Under the pieces are notes generated by a model. That model saw only the letters and a list, made by a program, of their open reading frames with translations. It ran no database searches and was not told the origin of the DNA. Shown piece by piece: positions 29,580 to 39,771 of a stretch of DNA of 64,000 bases (the stretch's first letter is position 1; every line of letters starts with the position of its first letter). The stretch is from Eutreptiella sp. 'Long Island Sound 2002' (Eukaryota; Protista; Euglenida): positions 145,080,001 through 145,144,000 of the forward strand of contig OZ038378.1 of assembly GCA_964036045.1 (NCBI GenBank), given 5' to 3'. Both the position numbers and the translations under genes were made by a program.

Positions 29580-29900
29580 CGCCTACCTCGTCTTGGAGTC
29601 GAAAAACCGTACCGCATTATCCGCAACTGCCCGGGGCTGGAGGCTTGTCGCTTCCCCGACCCGCAAGAAGAGCTAGAACGAGACGATGGCCAGTCCAACA
29701 GCCGCCTAGTCGCCCAAGCTGCTAGCCTTCGCCACCATGTATAGCAGCATGACAGGGGATTCCCAGATGCGCTCCTTTGCTGCCACTCTCGTCTTTTTGG
29801 CTGCCTTAACCGATCTCCGGATGGTGGCCGGGACGTTAACGTCGGCCAGTCGTACCTCCACCGCCATAGTGGCCGCGCTGATGATCCCTTGGTGGTGCTC
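29580..29900 (-). pseudogene. tyrosine recombinase pseudogene (DIRS/Ngaro/VIPER-like)
   Basis: Hand translation: ...ERIWESPVMLLYMV...LGD*AAVGLAIVSF*LFLRVGEATSLQP...VRFFDSKTR*. Contains the box I LRxGE motif and the catalytic-Lys-like SKT, with three TAG stops. Confidence 0.7.
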
Positions 29901-32900
29901 TCTAACTTAACCAATTTGGCAAACTCCAGCACCGTCTGCTCGAGGACTCGCTCCGCCGTATCTCATGGGAATCTCCGCTCAAACGCCACCATGTTGTGCA
30001 AGTGGCACTGGTACGTTCCCACTCACCAGCTGTGCAAAGCATCTTGCGCCCGCAATCGCAAATGGCCGAAATCTGGGCTAGATGGCTGCATACCCCCTCT
30101 CAACATATGCAAGAAATTAGAAATGGCTACCTCAACCCTAAACCTTAAACCCGGGGCGGATATGTGGGCATGGTGGCTACATTACCCTTGCCATCTCGGG
30201 GACCCCTAAAAACGGGGGGTTGGAAACGGAACTGAGGGTTTGTTTTATCTTTTTTGGGTACCCTCGTGCTAACATTAAAACAAAAAGTAGATGTTGCGCT
30301 GACACTCGGAAAAAAAAGTAGTGTATGTTTTGTTGAGTCTCCAGTGAGTGGTTTGCGTGACACTCAAAAAAACATGAAAAATAAAATATATTTCTACATA
30401 TTCTTTTACCCTTGCATGGCACTTCACTCACCACATTGCGTTATTCTGCCGCGTTGTGCACGCCACCCTGCCAGACTGTCAATCGGTGCAGACACCTGTG
30501 CTCGTACACAGGCCTTCATCGCCTTTACACAGGCCTTCACTGCCTGGTAACTTCTGGTCATGCAAGGGTCCCCCCCAGTATGAACTTTCTGTGGGCACAA
30601 GGGGGATGCATGTTGGTGCTTGGGAAGTGGGCAGCCTGCCACATCTGTGAGAGTGCTTTATGGCGCCTTGGACACATTTGGACCATTCAACTGGGCACAG
30701 GTGCTTGCCCTGCACCGCATGTTGCCCTTCTGCTGCTGTGGCATGCAATGTAGTGTGATCCATGCTTCCGGGCTGCATGACCATGGTCGTCACTTTGGAG
30801 GAAACCGCCCAAGTGCAACACGCACACACTTCATTGCGCTTGCTGCAACTGCACCACCTCAGCAGCTGACTCCTGCTGCCTCTGTCATGCGATGGGATTC
30901 CCCTTGTCTCCGACATTATACCAATGCAGCTGCCCTTAGGGCACCACCAACAGCACTTGGACTGGACATCACCTAATTTTGTATCATTTGCCCCCAAGGG
31001 CTGAGCCTTGAAGGCATGTCAAGGGGAGGGGAACGGGGTGCAAGCAAACGACACGCAGCTTCAGAACACAGACCCCATCTTCCATCAAAGATATGTACAA
31101 CCCCCACTGCACTGTACAGGGACACGCAATACACCACAGCACGAAGCTGCACATCCACAGGTCTGGGCACGACCCTCTCCCAGCCGAGCTGTGGGGCCAT
31201 GTGCAGCAAACAGTGGTCAGTGCGACGCACATCACGCAGACACACATCAAGAGCATGGCGCTGAAAAGCACAAACATGCCCATCAATGGTGTGCCCCTCC
31301 GCCAGTCCGCCAGACCCGCGCGCTTTTGTTGCGAGGGCCCTGGCATCCCCCCGCCACCCCCCCACCCCCCCCACACACACATCCTCGGGAGAAAGCACAT
31401 GAAAGTAATGAAAAGGGGCCCAAAGTGGGAGGCCCATTGGAGGTCCACAAAGCGTTGCCTGGGCCTCTGCCCCCCCCGCCCTCGCCCCCCCTGGGGGTGG
31501 GGGTGGGGGTGGGGGGGTTGCCACTGGGCCATGGCCTGCTCTGGGGCTATGAGACCCTGGACGCAGGGCAGGCCCCCCCAGCAGCCAGGGTGGCTAACCC
31601 CCCCCCTTGTGCAGCCATATGGAGCGGGACATGGAAGGCCAGGGGGGCACTGCCACACCTGCAGCTCCCGGAAATTAATGTGCGCAAACGATGCCCTTTC
31701 CATTGAGTGATCCGTCGGCTGGCCCAGATCCGAGCCCTTGGACAGCCGGGGGTTGTGTAACTTTGGTGCTTGTGCCACTGGCGGGGGGGGGGGGGGGAGA
31801 CACAATTAGATTGACTGAGATTGATTGAAAAACAGACAGACAGTGCTGCAAGAAATGCAAACTTGCAGCAATGAACATGTTTGTCTGAATTGGACTGCTC
31901 TCATCCCATTTGGCGGCGGGGGGGGAGGCACACGCACACAGCGATAGCCAGGGCTTTGCATTTTTTTTGGGTGGGGGGGTCAGGCCACGGCAAGCTGGCG
32001 ATGCCCGCTCACCAGAAGGCACTCGAAAAATCTCTCGGAATCACGGATCAGAGCTGTCCGATGCTACGATTGTCCCACAGAACGATGAGGGAGCGGACAT
32101 GAGGTGTAGTGAGGATGAACTGAATCTGATACCAGGAAATGCAGTGGGAACTGCCACGCCCGAAGGCATCCCTGTGTGCTACCGGCGCACAAGAAGGACC
32201 GAAGGCTGAGTGAAGTCCTCCCGGTGGCCCCGACACCCCCGCACAAATGAAGTCCTCACGGACCACAAACGGACGCCCCAGAGGCTCACAACAGCCCCCG
32301 ATGGGGGGGGCACGGCTCGCACGCCCGACAAACCCGCACAAAGTGGGGCCCACGCTCTGACCGCGACACCCCTCGAAAAAATTGCTGGCGGGACAAGGGC
32401 ATGGGCTGAAGAGGGAGGGCGGGGGGGCCTCCCAGGCACCAGGGCACAGGGCCCGGCATCGTGCACCGCACATATTGTGCGGTGCACCACCACTGAACTG
32501 GGGGCCGGCGGAGGGCCCCAGGTCCACGCCAACCCCCCCCCCCCCGGCCACGCCCCACAGACATGCGGGAGGTCCGCCAGCAGGTGGCACCGCATGGGAT
32601 TGCAGCTACACCTACGCTTTGCCACCCACGTTGACTCTTCCTGCAGCGTGCGCAAGGCTACAAACCACATGCTCTATTGCATTGAAACCGCAAAACGATG
32701 GATGTGTATGCCACAGCCACTACCTACGCCCATACCACCACCAGCACGTTTTCAAGTCCGGCTGGCAGACTAGAAGTGTGCAGGGAAAGGGGGGGGGGGA
32801 GATAAGCGTTGTGAACATATTTATTCCTGTTTCTGGAACTTCTGATGGACATCTTCTTGAATAGAAATGCCGAGAGCGCCGGGACCCCCTAAAACCTGCC

Positions 32901-34292
32901 AGTGGTCAACGTCATCACCAAAATGCACAGGCTTTCTCTGGTGCAGTTCTTGCGAATTCGACCCCTCCTCCACCTGCGCATGGCTGCTTGTCTGATGGTC
33001 AGCAGTCCCCCCCCCCAGTCCTAACGCGCACTTGTCCAAACATAGTGACCCCATGTTTCCGCACTTCAGGGTCTTTTTCGGAGAAGGCACATGAGCCCTC
33101 TGTGAGTGCACCACCAGGAAACCGAGTGTAAGTGCAACAATCATGGGCCATAATGATCGACATGCTGGTCTAGAAAAGGCAACCTATGATGTACCCCCCC
33201 CCCCCCCCCCTCCCCCGTGTACAAGGACGCTGAAAGTCAGGGAAAAAACGGTCAGACGGGTGCCTGTACTCAGACAAAGCAGTGCCCACAAGAGGAAACC
33301 TAAAGGAGCGGTCGGGAAAATGACGGTCAGATGGGTCCCCGTGCTTAGACAAGGCAGTGCTTGCGCAAAGGGCGGGGGGGGGGGGGGGTTGATTCCCAAG
33401 CGGGGTCATATCGACCGTCGGTGGTGTAGTATATGTATGCAGCTGCAACGGTGTGGAGGGGTGCTCGGAGTTAGAGTATGAAGTGATGGTACACAGTGAC
33501 GGAAAAGAGGTCTGCCCATCGGGGGCATTGCGGCCGCCCGGCGCATTGTTCGGTGACACATCGCACAGCGGGTTTCCCTTGGAAAGGGGCAATGCGGGAG
33601 AATGCCACCGCAATGCGCCTGCCACCAGGACCGGTCGCCACGAAGATCGTCAGTCTCGGGCCCAGTCTGTCCCCAGGGGGGCCAAGTTGTTAAAAAAAGC
33701 CCCCCCGGAGGGGGGGGGGGTCCAACCGCCTCTGGGGCCTCCGAGGTCCCTTCCCTTCTAATGCAGCATGCATGGGGGGGGGGGGTCAAAACAAAAACAC
33801 CGCAGCTCTGGTCGGGACAGTGGCACAGCCCACTGACAATGAAAGGCCCGCGGCATACGGATATGCAGCGTAGCCATCCCCTGAAACGCCCCCCCCCCCC
33901 CCCCCCCCGCCTGTCCCACTGCTCTGTGCCCCCGGCCCCCGGAACGCCCACACCTCAAACAGTGCACCGCCCGACCTGCGACCACTGTCGGCTGCCGGCC
34001 CGTCGCTGTCGGTTACCTGCCAACCGGCGTCTTGAAATGGACATGGCTCAGCATCTGCAAACTGCCGCCGGTTACACCCGCCGGTAACCGCCCGACGCCA
34101 TCAACCGCTGTCGGTTGGCCACGGTGGACCCTCCAAAAGGAGGGTTCATCGCCCGCCATGTGGGCCACCGCCCTCAGCCTCTCTCCAACGGAGGAAGCCA
34201 CTTATACCTGCGCCTTGGTCCATTGAAACCAACCCCAAACCGAACACCAAAAAAAGACCAAGAAATGGCCAGCAACCCCCCCCCCCCCCCAA

Positions 34293-34426
34293 CAGGGATG
34301 CATTAGAAGGGAAGGGGCCTCAGAGGCGGTCCCAGAAGCGGTTAGACAGGCGGTTGGAGGAGGTTGCCAAAGCGGTCGGGGGCGGTTACTGTCGGGTTAC
34401 CCCCGCTTCCTTCCAATGCATCCCTG
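34293..34426. mobile_element. hAT-like MITE; related copies at ~33720-33765 and ~53050-53250 (inverted)
   Basis: TIR CAGGGATGCATTAGAAGG ... CCTTCCAATGCATCCCTG. Internal aggcggtt repeats are shared with the other copies. Confidence 0.7.
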
Positions 34427-34846
34427 CCCCCGCCCCGCAAACCAAACAAACAAATCGGAGGCAGTGTCGCCCCGACGTGCAGTGGGGTGGGGGGCACGTG
34501 GCTAGGGGGGGGGGATCAGGCCCGTGTGTGATGCACGCACAAAGGCCCCAGGCCATCGGAGCAGCAAGGGGCCCCTTCGGCAGCCCCAGCCCCAGGCGTG
34601 TGCTGGAGAGGCCCAGAGCAGACCCCTGTCGTGCCGCACCGGGTGTCGGTCAACCACAACCGCCACCAACCGTTGATCGACCGCACTCAGGCGGGTGGCT
34701 CTCCGCCCTCACTGCCGGAGGGCGGTACCGTTCCACGTGGCGACCGCGTAAACGAGGCGTCCACCAGGTGTCCACTGTTGCCCACCACCAAGAGGCCTGT
34801 CAGGACCCGCCAGGCCGTGGGTGGAACAGGCCTTGGGGGGCCATTC

Positions 34847-37800
34847 CTATCGAGTACACACTGGTCGATGACCGCCGGTTCCTTCAGGGGTCCTGAGGAC
34901 TGCCAGGCCATTGTGTCCCACGGAAGCAGCATCCATGGCCAGCACGCACGCTCCCGCAGTCTCCCGGCGTCGGGCGGACGCCAGGCAGAACAGCTGCAGG
35001 TGCATGAAACTCATCCGCAGAAGCCGGCGGCGGTGCCAATGGCGCGCCAGCTGCATCCGCTGTGCTGTGCGAGCGACCGCCACGCGCCACTGCCTCAACC
35101 GCCGCCCCAGCGTGCTCACCATCCAGTGCGCCTGAGCCATGGCCTGCCGCAGTCCCCCCAGCGCCTGCGCCTCCTCTCTCCACTGGCAGAACACCATTCG
35201 CTGCAGCCGCTGCCACCGGTCCGACTGCACGTGCCGGCACAGTCCCGCCAGGTGCCGCTCGCGGTGGGCGACCTGGAGCCGGTCCCACGCGCGCACCAGC
35301 AGGTCGCGGTCGCGCGCCGCACTCCACTGCTCCAACAGCTGCGCGTGGGCACGGGCCTGCGCGCGCGCCGCTGCACGCCACGCGCGGAAACGCTTCGCAC
35401 GGGCCCGGCGCTGCCAGTCCGCCAACAGCGCCCGCAGGCGGGCCCCGTCGTGTCGGTTGCGCCACCGCCGGAATGCTCCGCGCAGCCTCCGGCGCTCGCG
35501 AGTAGCGGCCAAGTGAGAGCTGAGGAGGGCCTCCAGGGCCATGCGCGACTGCTGGAGCGTGGCCATCCGCAGGCGGTGGAACGCCCTCCGCACCACGGCC
35601 TGGTCCCCGCGCCGAGCAGCCCAGCGCTCGCGTGCGCACGACAACCACATCTCCCACCATCGCAAGAAGGTCTTCATCTGCAGCGTGCTCTGATGGATTC
35701 GGACCGCCTGCCAGTGTTGCTGCTGCCGTGCATGCGTCAGCTGCAGCTCCCGTCTCCAGCCTCTGAAGTACTCCAGTACCAGTGCCTTCTGTCCGCGAAT
35801 GTGCAGACGAGACACGAGTGCGCGCTCACGTGCCTTCCGGTGCGCGTACGACCTCCAACACCACCACAATCGCCGCAGACTCCCCCGCAGCACCTGCTGG
35901 CGCGCGCTCTGGCCGACCGCGAGGTCGCGCCACCACACAAACGCCGTCCGTTGCGCGCCGCGCCTCCAGTGCACCACCGCCTGGGACTGCAAGGCGTCCC
36001 CCCTCACCCAGAGCCGCCAGGCACCAAAGCACCGCCGCAGCCGCTGTTGGCGGGCGGGCGCGAGGGCACAGCGCACCGCGGCTGCGGCCCACCGCCACGC
36101 CCGAAACGCGGCGCCCTGGGCCCGGCGCGCGCGCGCCGCGGCGACGGACGCCTCTGCCGTGCGGCGCCGGGACACGCGGTGGGCGGTGTACTGGCGCCAG
36201 GCCCGCAGCGCGCCCTGTGCCACACGGCCCCAGTGTCGGTGAGCCAACAGGCAGCCCATGGACTGGAGGTGGGCCCGGTAGCGGGCTTGCAGGGCCTCGA
36301 ACACAAAGCATCGCCAGCGCACCCAGGCACGGGCCACCCGGGCCCCGTCCCCGCGCACCGTGCCGCGGAATTCGATGGACCGCTCATCGCGGTCCCCCTC
36401 GAAGCCCGACGACGACGCTACGGAGCGCGGCGGGCTCGGGGGGCGGGGCGCTGGGGCGGCAGAGGTGGCCGCCGCGGGTCTCCAGAGTGACAGCGCTCGC
36501 GGGTCGCGACACCACTGCGCGGGGCCCTGGGACACTGCCTCGTGCTCCGCCACTGCCTCATCGAAGCAGGCCAGGGCCCCCGTGAGGGAGGCCTGCGTGG
36601 AGTGGTCCGCCGTTGTGTCCGTGATCTCGGACAACGCAATGGACGACGGGGAAAAGGACCGGGTCCGGCCCAGCTGCTCCACGCCGGTCTCCACGCCCCC
36701 GGTGGGTGCAGCTGCCCCGGCCCCGGCGGCGTGGGGCCCGGGGTCAATGTCCCCCTCCGCAGAGGCTTCCAGGGTCAGGCCCACCGGGCGGGATTTGTGC
36801 GTGGCATCCCCCCCCTCCCCCGCCGTGGCGGAGGTGGAGGAGGCGGAGGGGGTGATGGCGAAGGCTATGGCGGACGCAGAGGTGGGGGCGCCGTGCAGCA
36901 TCTCGGGGGCAGTTCCGGAATCGGAAGAATGGACCGCTGTAGTCCGTTGCAGAGGCAGCGGCGGGGCCCAGGGCTCGGGCTGGGGCTTCCGGTGAAGCTG
37001 CGGGTGCCTGGCATCACCGGGGGCTGTCTGTGGTGTGGAAGAGGGCTCTGGGGAAGGAGCAGAGCACTGGGGAATGTCCTCAAGCGGCGCCATAGGCACT
37101 GCACAACCGGAGTGCCCCACCCTCGAGGGGCTCAGGCCATCGGGAATCAGCCGGCTCAGTGGGCTTTCCCAATCCGTGCTTGGCTGACTGGCTTCGACTG
37201 CCGGCTGCAGGTGCGAACTGGGAGGGCAAAGGCCACGTAGGCGGGTGCCCTGGGACTCGGGCTCGGCCTTTCCGCAGCCATTCGAGGCCAAATTGGGCGA
37301 TTGCGTCGGGCACACCACCGCCCGAGGCGACGCCCTTCGCGTCGGGAGCTGCACAGAGGGCGGCTTGAGAGCGGCCGACATGGGGGCGGGAAGGATGCGC
37401 TCCTCCACACGTGCGGTGGTCCTGTCACGGGCCGACTTCACTTTTTCAGTCGGACGGCCGGCGTGGCGCTCGTGCTCGGAGTGGTCGCGAGACGGTGGGT
37501 CTTCGGTGGTGTGGCCGGATTTCGGGAAGGGTTTGTCGTGGCTGCGTTGCAGAAGCGGCGTGATGAGGTCCGCACGAGGACCGCAACACGGGTCTGCTCC
37601 GTCATGCCCGACTTTCCGTGGCGATATGTGCGTACAAGTCACATGCTCCGATTGCAGTTGGTCAAAGCGGAGTGCTGGCTGCATACCTTGCTCTTCTTCC
37701 AGGTGGCACTGCAAGTGTTGTCGTTGTAAGTGTTGTTGCGATTGGAACATCAACGGCGTATCCAGCAACAGTGAGGGCTTTGGGGTTGTCAAGTGTCTCG

Positions 37801-38806
37801 TCTTGTGGCATGGTGGCTCCGAACTTGCTTCAAACGCTGCATCGGCTTGCCGAGTAGCGGGAGGGTGTGCCACTTTGAGGTCTTGGAAAAGGGGCGATGA
37901 GTCAGCCTTGTGTTGCGGAGTGGAAGCACACCAAGCAGGAAGATTCGAGTTGCAACATGGTATTGAAGCGTTTCCCCCGTCAAAATAGGTTTCGCGTATC
38001 TCATGCTTTTGCACCACACGCTGCACGTTGTGAGTTGCGGACACGTTTGGAGAGTTTGGAAACGTGCAACGCGGTTGTGGGGCACATAGCTTTGAAATGG
38101 CAACCGACTTAGTGGAACTTGGTGTCTGTGTTTCGGGCGAGCTGATGGTCATTTCCAAGCTTTTCATTTGCTTTGTCGTGCACGTGATGTTGTTCCGCCA
38201 CACACGCCACGCCTTGCGCATGCATCTGTGAAAATCCCAACGCACCGCACGCGAATATGTTTGGATGCTGGTGAAATGCTCCGACAGTGCATGCTCCCAA
38301 GCCTCCCGAGAGGAGAGAGCATCTTGAATTAGTTGCCCGGCGTCCTCATGCAAGTTGAGTGAGGCAAGGTGTAGTAAGAGAGCAATGAGATTGCTCTTGT
38401 TGTTGCAGCCCACGAGCAATGAAGAGTCTGAGGTCGAGGAACTTTCCGGCAGAAGTGAAAAGACGATGCCATGCAAGCATGAAAGAACGGGGTATAGTGC
38501 GTCGGGTTGTGAGATGTTGCGAATGGAGTGCACAACGAACGCAGTGCCACCCTCAATTGTGGGTTGCTCCGTTGCCAACTTACCGAGCGCAACCAACTGT
38601 CTCACTTGTTCGGTGTGAATTTGAGACAAAATATCCGTGAAGGCCTCTCCTTGTTGGGCAACCGACAGTGGGCCACCAGAGCTCTGGTTCGGCAAGGTTG
38701 AAGCGCCGGAGTTGCCACCAACAGTTTGACGGGTCCAACAAAATGGCCCCCCGGCGGCCGGGCTAGGTTCCGCACATGATGCAACGGCAGCGGCTTTGGT
38801 CGGCAT
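34847..38806 (-). CDS. Sfi1-repeat (centrin-binding-like) protein, 1319 aa, single open frame
   Basis: C-terminal ~13-15 repeats of A-x7-LL-x3-F-x2-W type (AAFRAWR, RCFGAWR, TAFVWWR, EYFRGWR, KTFLRWW, GAFRRWR, KRFRAWR, MVFCQWR). Pro/Ser-rich disordered middle. Confidence 0.75.
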   Translation of the reverse strand: MPTKAAAVASCAEPSPAAGGPFCWTRQTVGGNSGASTLPNQSSGGPLSVAQQGEAFTDILSQIHTEQVRQLVALGKLATEQPTIEGGTAFVVHSIRNISQPDALYPVLSCLHGIVFSLLPESSSTSDSSLLVGCNNKSNLIALLLHLASLNLHEDAGQLIQDALSSREAWEHALSEHFTSIQTYSRAVRWDFHRCMRKAWRVWRNNITCTTKQMKSLEMTISSPETQTPSSTKSVAISKLCAPQPRCTFPNSPNVSATHNVQRVVQKHEIRETYFDGGNASIPCCNSNLPAWCASTPQHKADSSPLFQDLKVAHPPATRQADAAFEASSEPPCHKTRHLTTPKPSLLLDTPLMFQSQQHLQRQHLQCHLEEEQGMQPALRFDQLQSEHVTCTHISPRKVGHDGADPCCGPRADLITPLLQRSHDKPFPKSGHTTEDPPSRDHSEHERHAGRPTEKVKSARDRTTARVEERILPAPMSAALKPPSVQLPTRRASPRAVVCPTQSPNLASNGCGKAEPESQGTRLRGLCPPSSHLQPAVEASQPSTDWESPLSRLIPDGLSPSRVGHSGCAVPMAPLEDIPQCSAPSPEPSSTPQTAPGDARHPQLHRKPQPEPWAPPLPLQRTTAVHSSDSGTAPEMLHGAPTSASAIAFAITPSASSTSATAGEGGDATHKSRPVGLTLEASAEGDIDPGPHAAGAGAAAPTGGVETGVEQLGRTRSFSPSSIALSEITDTTADHSTQASLTGALACFDEAVAEHEAVSQGPAQWCRDPRALSLWRPAAATSAAPAPRPPSPPRSVASSSGFEGDRDERSIEFRGTVRGDGARVARAWVRWRCFVFEALQARYRAHLQSMGCLLAHRHWGRVAQGALRAWRQYTAHRVSRRRTAEASVAAARARRAQGAAFRAWRWAAAAVRCALAPARQQRLRRCFGAWRLWVRGDALQSQAVVHWRRGAQRTAFVWWRDLAVGQSARQQVLRGSLRRLWWCWRSYAHRKARERALVSRLHIRGQKALVLEYFRGWRRELQLTHARQQQHWQAVRIHQSTLQMKTFLRWWEMWLSCARERWAARRGDQAVVRRAFHRLRMATLQQSRMALEALLSSHLAATRERRRLRGAFRRWRNRHDGARLRALLADWQRRARAKRFRAWRAAARAQARAHAQLLEQWSAARDRDLLVRAWDRLQVAHRERHLAGLCRHVQSDRWQRLQRMVFCQWREEAQALGGLRQAMAQAHWMVSTLGRRLRQWRVAVARTAQRMQLARHWHRRRLLRMSFMHLQLFCLASARRRETAGACVLAMDAASVGHNGLAVLRTPEGTGGHRPVCTR

Positions 38807-39361
38807 GCTTCATGTTTGGTACGAATGCATCGAGAGCGGTCCCGTTCACGTGGCATTTCGTCGCATGTTGAAGGAGCGGACGCTTTCACAACATGCTAAC
38901 GCCATCAACTGTGACTGCAGAAAGTTCTACGGCAAGGGGCGTGTCACCAAGTGAAATCCCGTTCGCCATTCACCGTGCGTCACGATTACCCGTACAGTGC
39001 CGAATCACGAAGCAAGATGATGTGCCCATTCCTACGCCATTTGATGCCAATCAAGAAGTTCGTGTTCTTCGTGATGGAAAAATTTTGAAGTCCCGACCAA
39101 ATTCAACCACCTCAAAGGAATAGAGTGAATCAATGGTCGATTGCGTATTAGACTGTGATTCCGTGGCTGAGCTGTGTGGTTGATCCGGTTTCCTAATGCT
39201 CCGCATCAAGTTCTGAGATTGGATTATACGGGTTTCAACAAAAGAAATGGGGTTGCGTCAAAAGACATACATTGTTGTTCCCACATTGCGTACATTCCAC
39301 AGGCTTGCTTTCTGCCGTGCGCCCGCGCACCCACTGCACGGGAACTGCAGTCTAACATAAA

Positions 39362-39771
39362 ATGGTTTGTCGCTTTTGTCAAAAATTTCCTCGTTCCCCC
39401 AGATTTTAGATTGGGACGAAACCTCTTTCATTCTGAACTACTTTCTGTTCCAACTTTTCTGCCAGGGCGGAGAATACGAAAAGAGACCTCTTCCTGAAAA
39501 TGTATGTCATAATTCTACCCGTTTCATTGCAATTTGCCCCATGCGTTTGACCGGTTTCAATTTTGCCACAATCGCATGTCAATGTGACTCTCGTATTCCG
39601 CAGTTGAAGGAGCTGCACGAGAGGCAGCAGGAGAAGCTCGCGATGGACAAGACCAACTACAAGCCAAAGAGTTACAAACAACAACGCATCACAACTCAAG
39701 AGAGGTTGAACCGGCGTAAGCAGATCAAGAAGTCCGTGGCCAAGAAGCTGCAAAGGCTGAACGAAGATTAG
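39362..39771 (+). CDS. small basic 68-aa protein, 3 exons (39362-39364, 39466-39501, 39604-39771)
   Basis: ATG|gtttgt...ttttctgccag (101 nt) and AAT|gtatgt...ttccgcag (102 nt) are phase-0 GT-AG introns. Exon 3 has coding-like codon usage. Product MGGEYEKRPLPENLKELHERQQEKLAMDKTNYKPKSYKQQRITTQERLNRRKQIKKSVAKKLQRLNED. Confidence 0.6.

Noticed and set aside
34598-36490. 630-aa plus-strand ORF and other overlapping ORFs
   Set aside because: Antisense shadows of the GC-rich Sfi1-repeat CDS with no motifs.
38905-38925. ACTTTCTG upstream of the Sfi1-like ORF as an SL relic
   Set aside because: Only 8 nt match, which is expected by chance.
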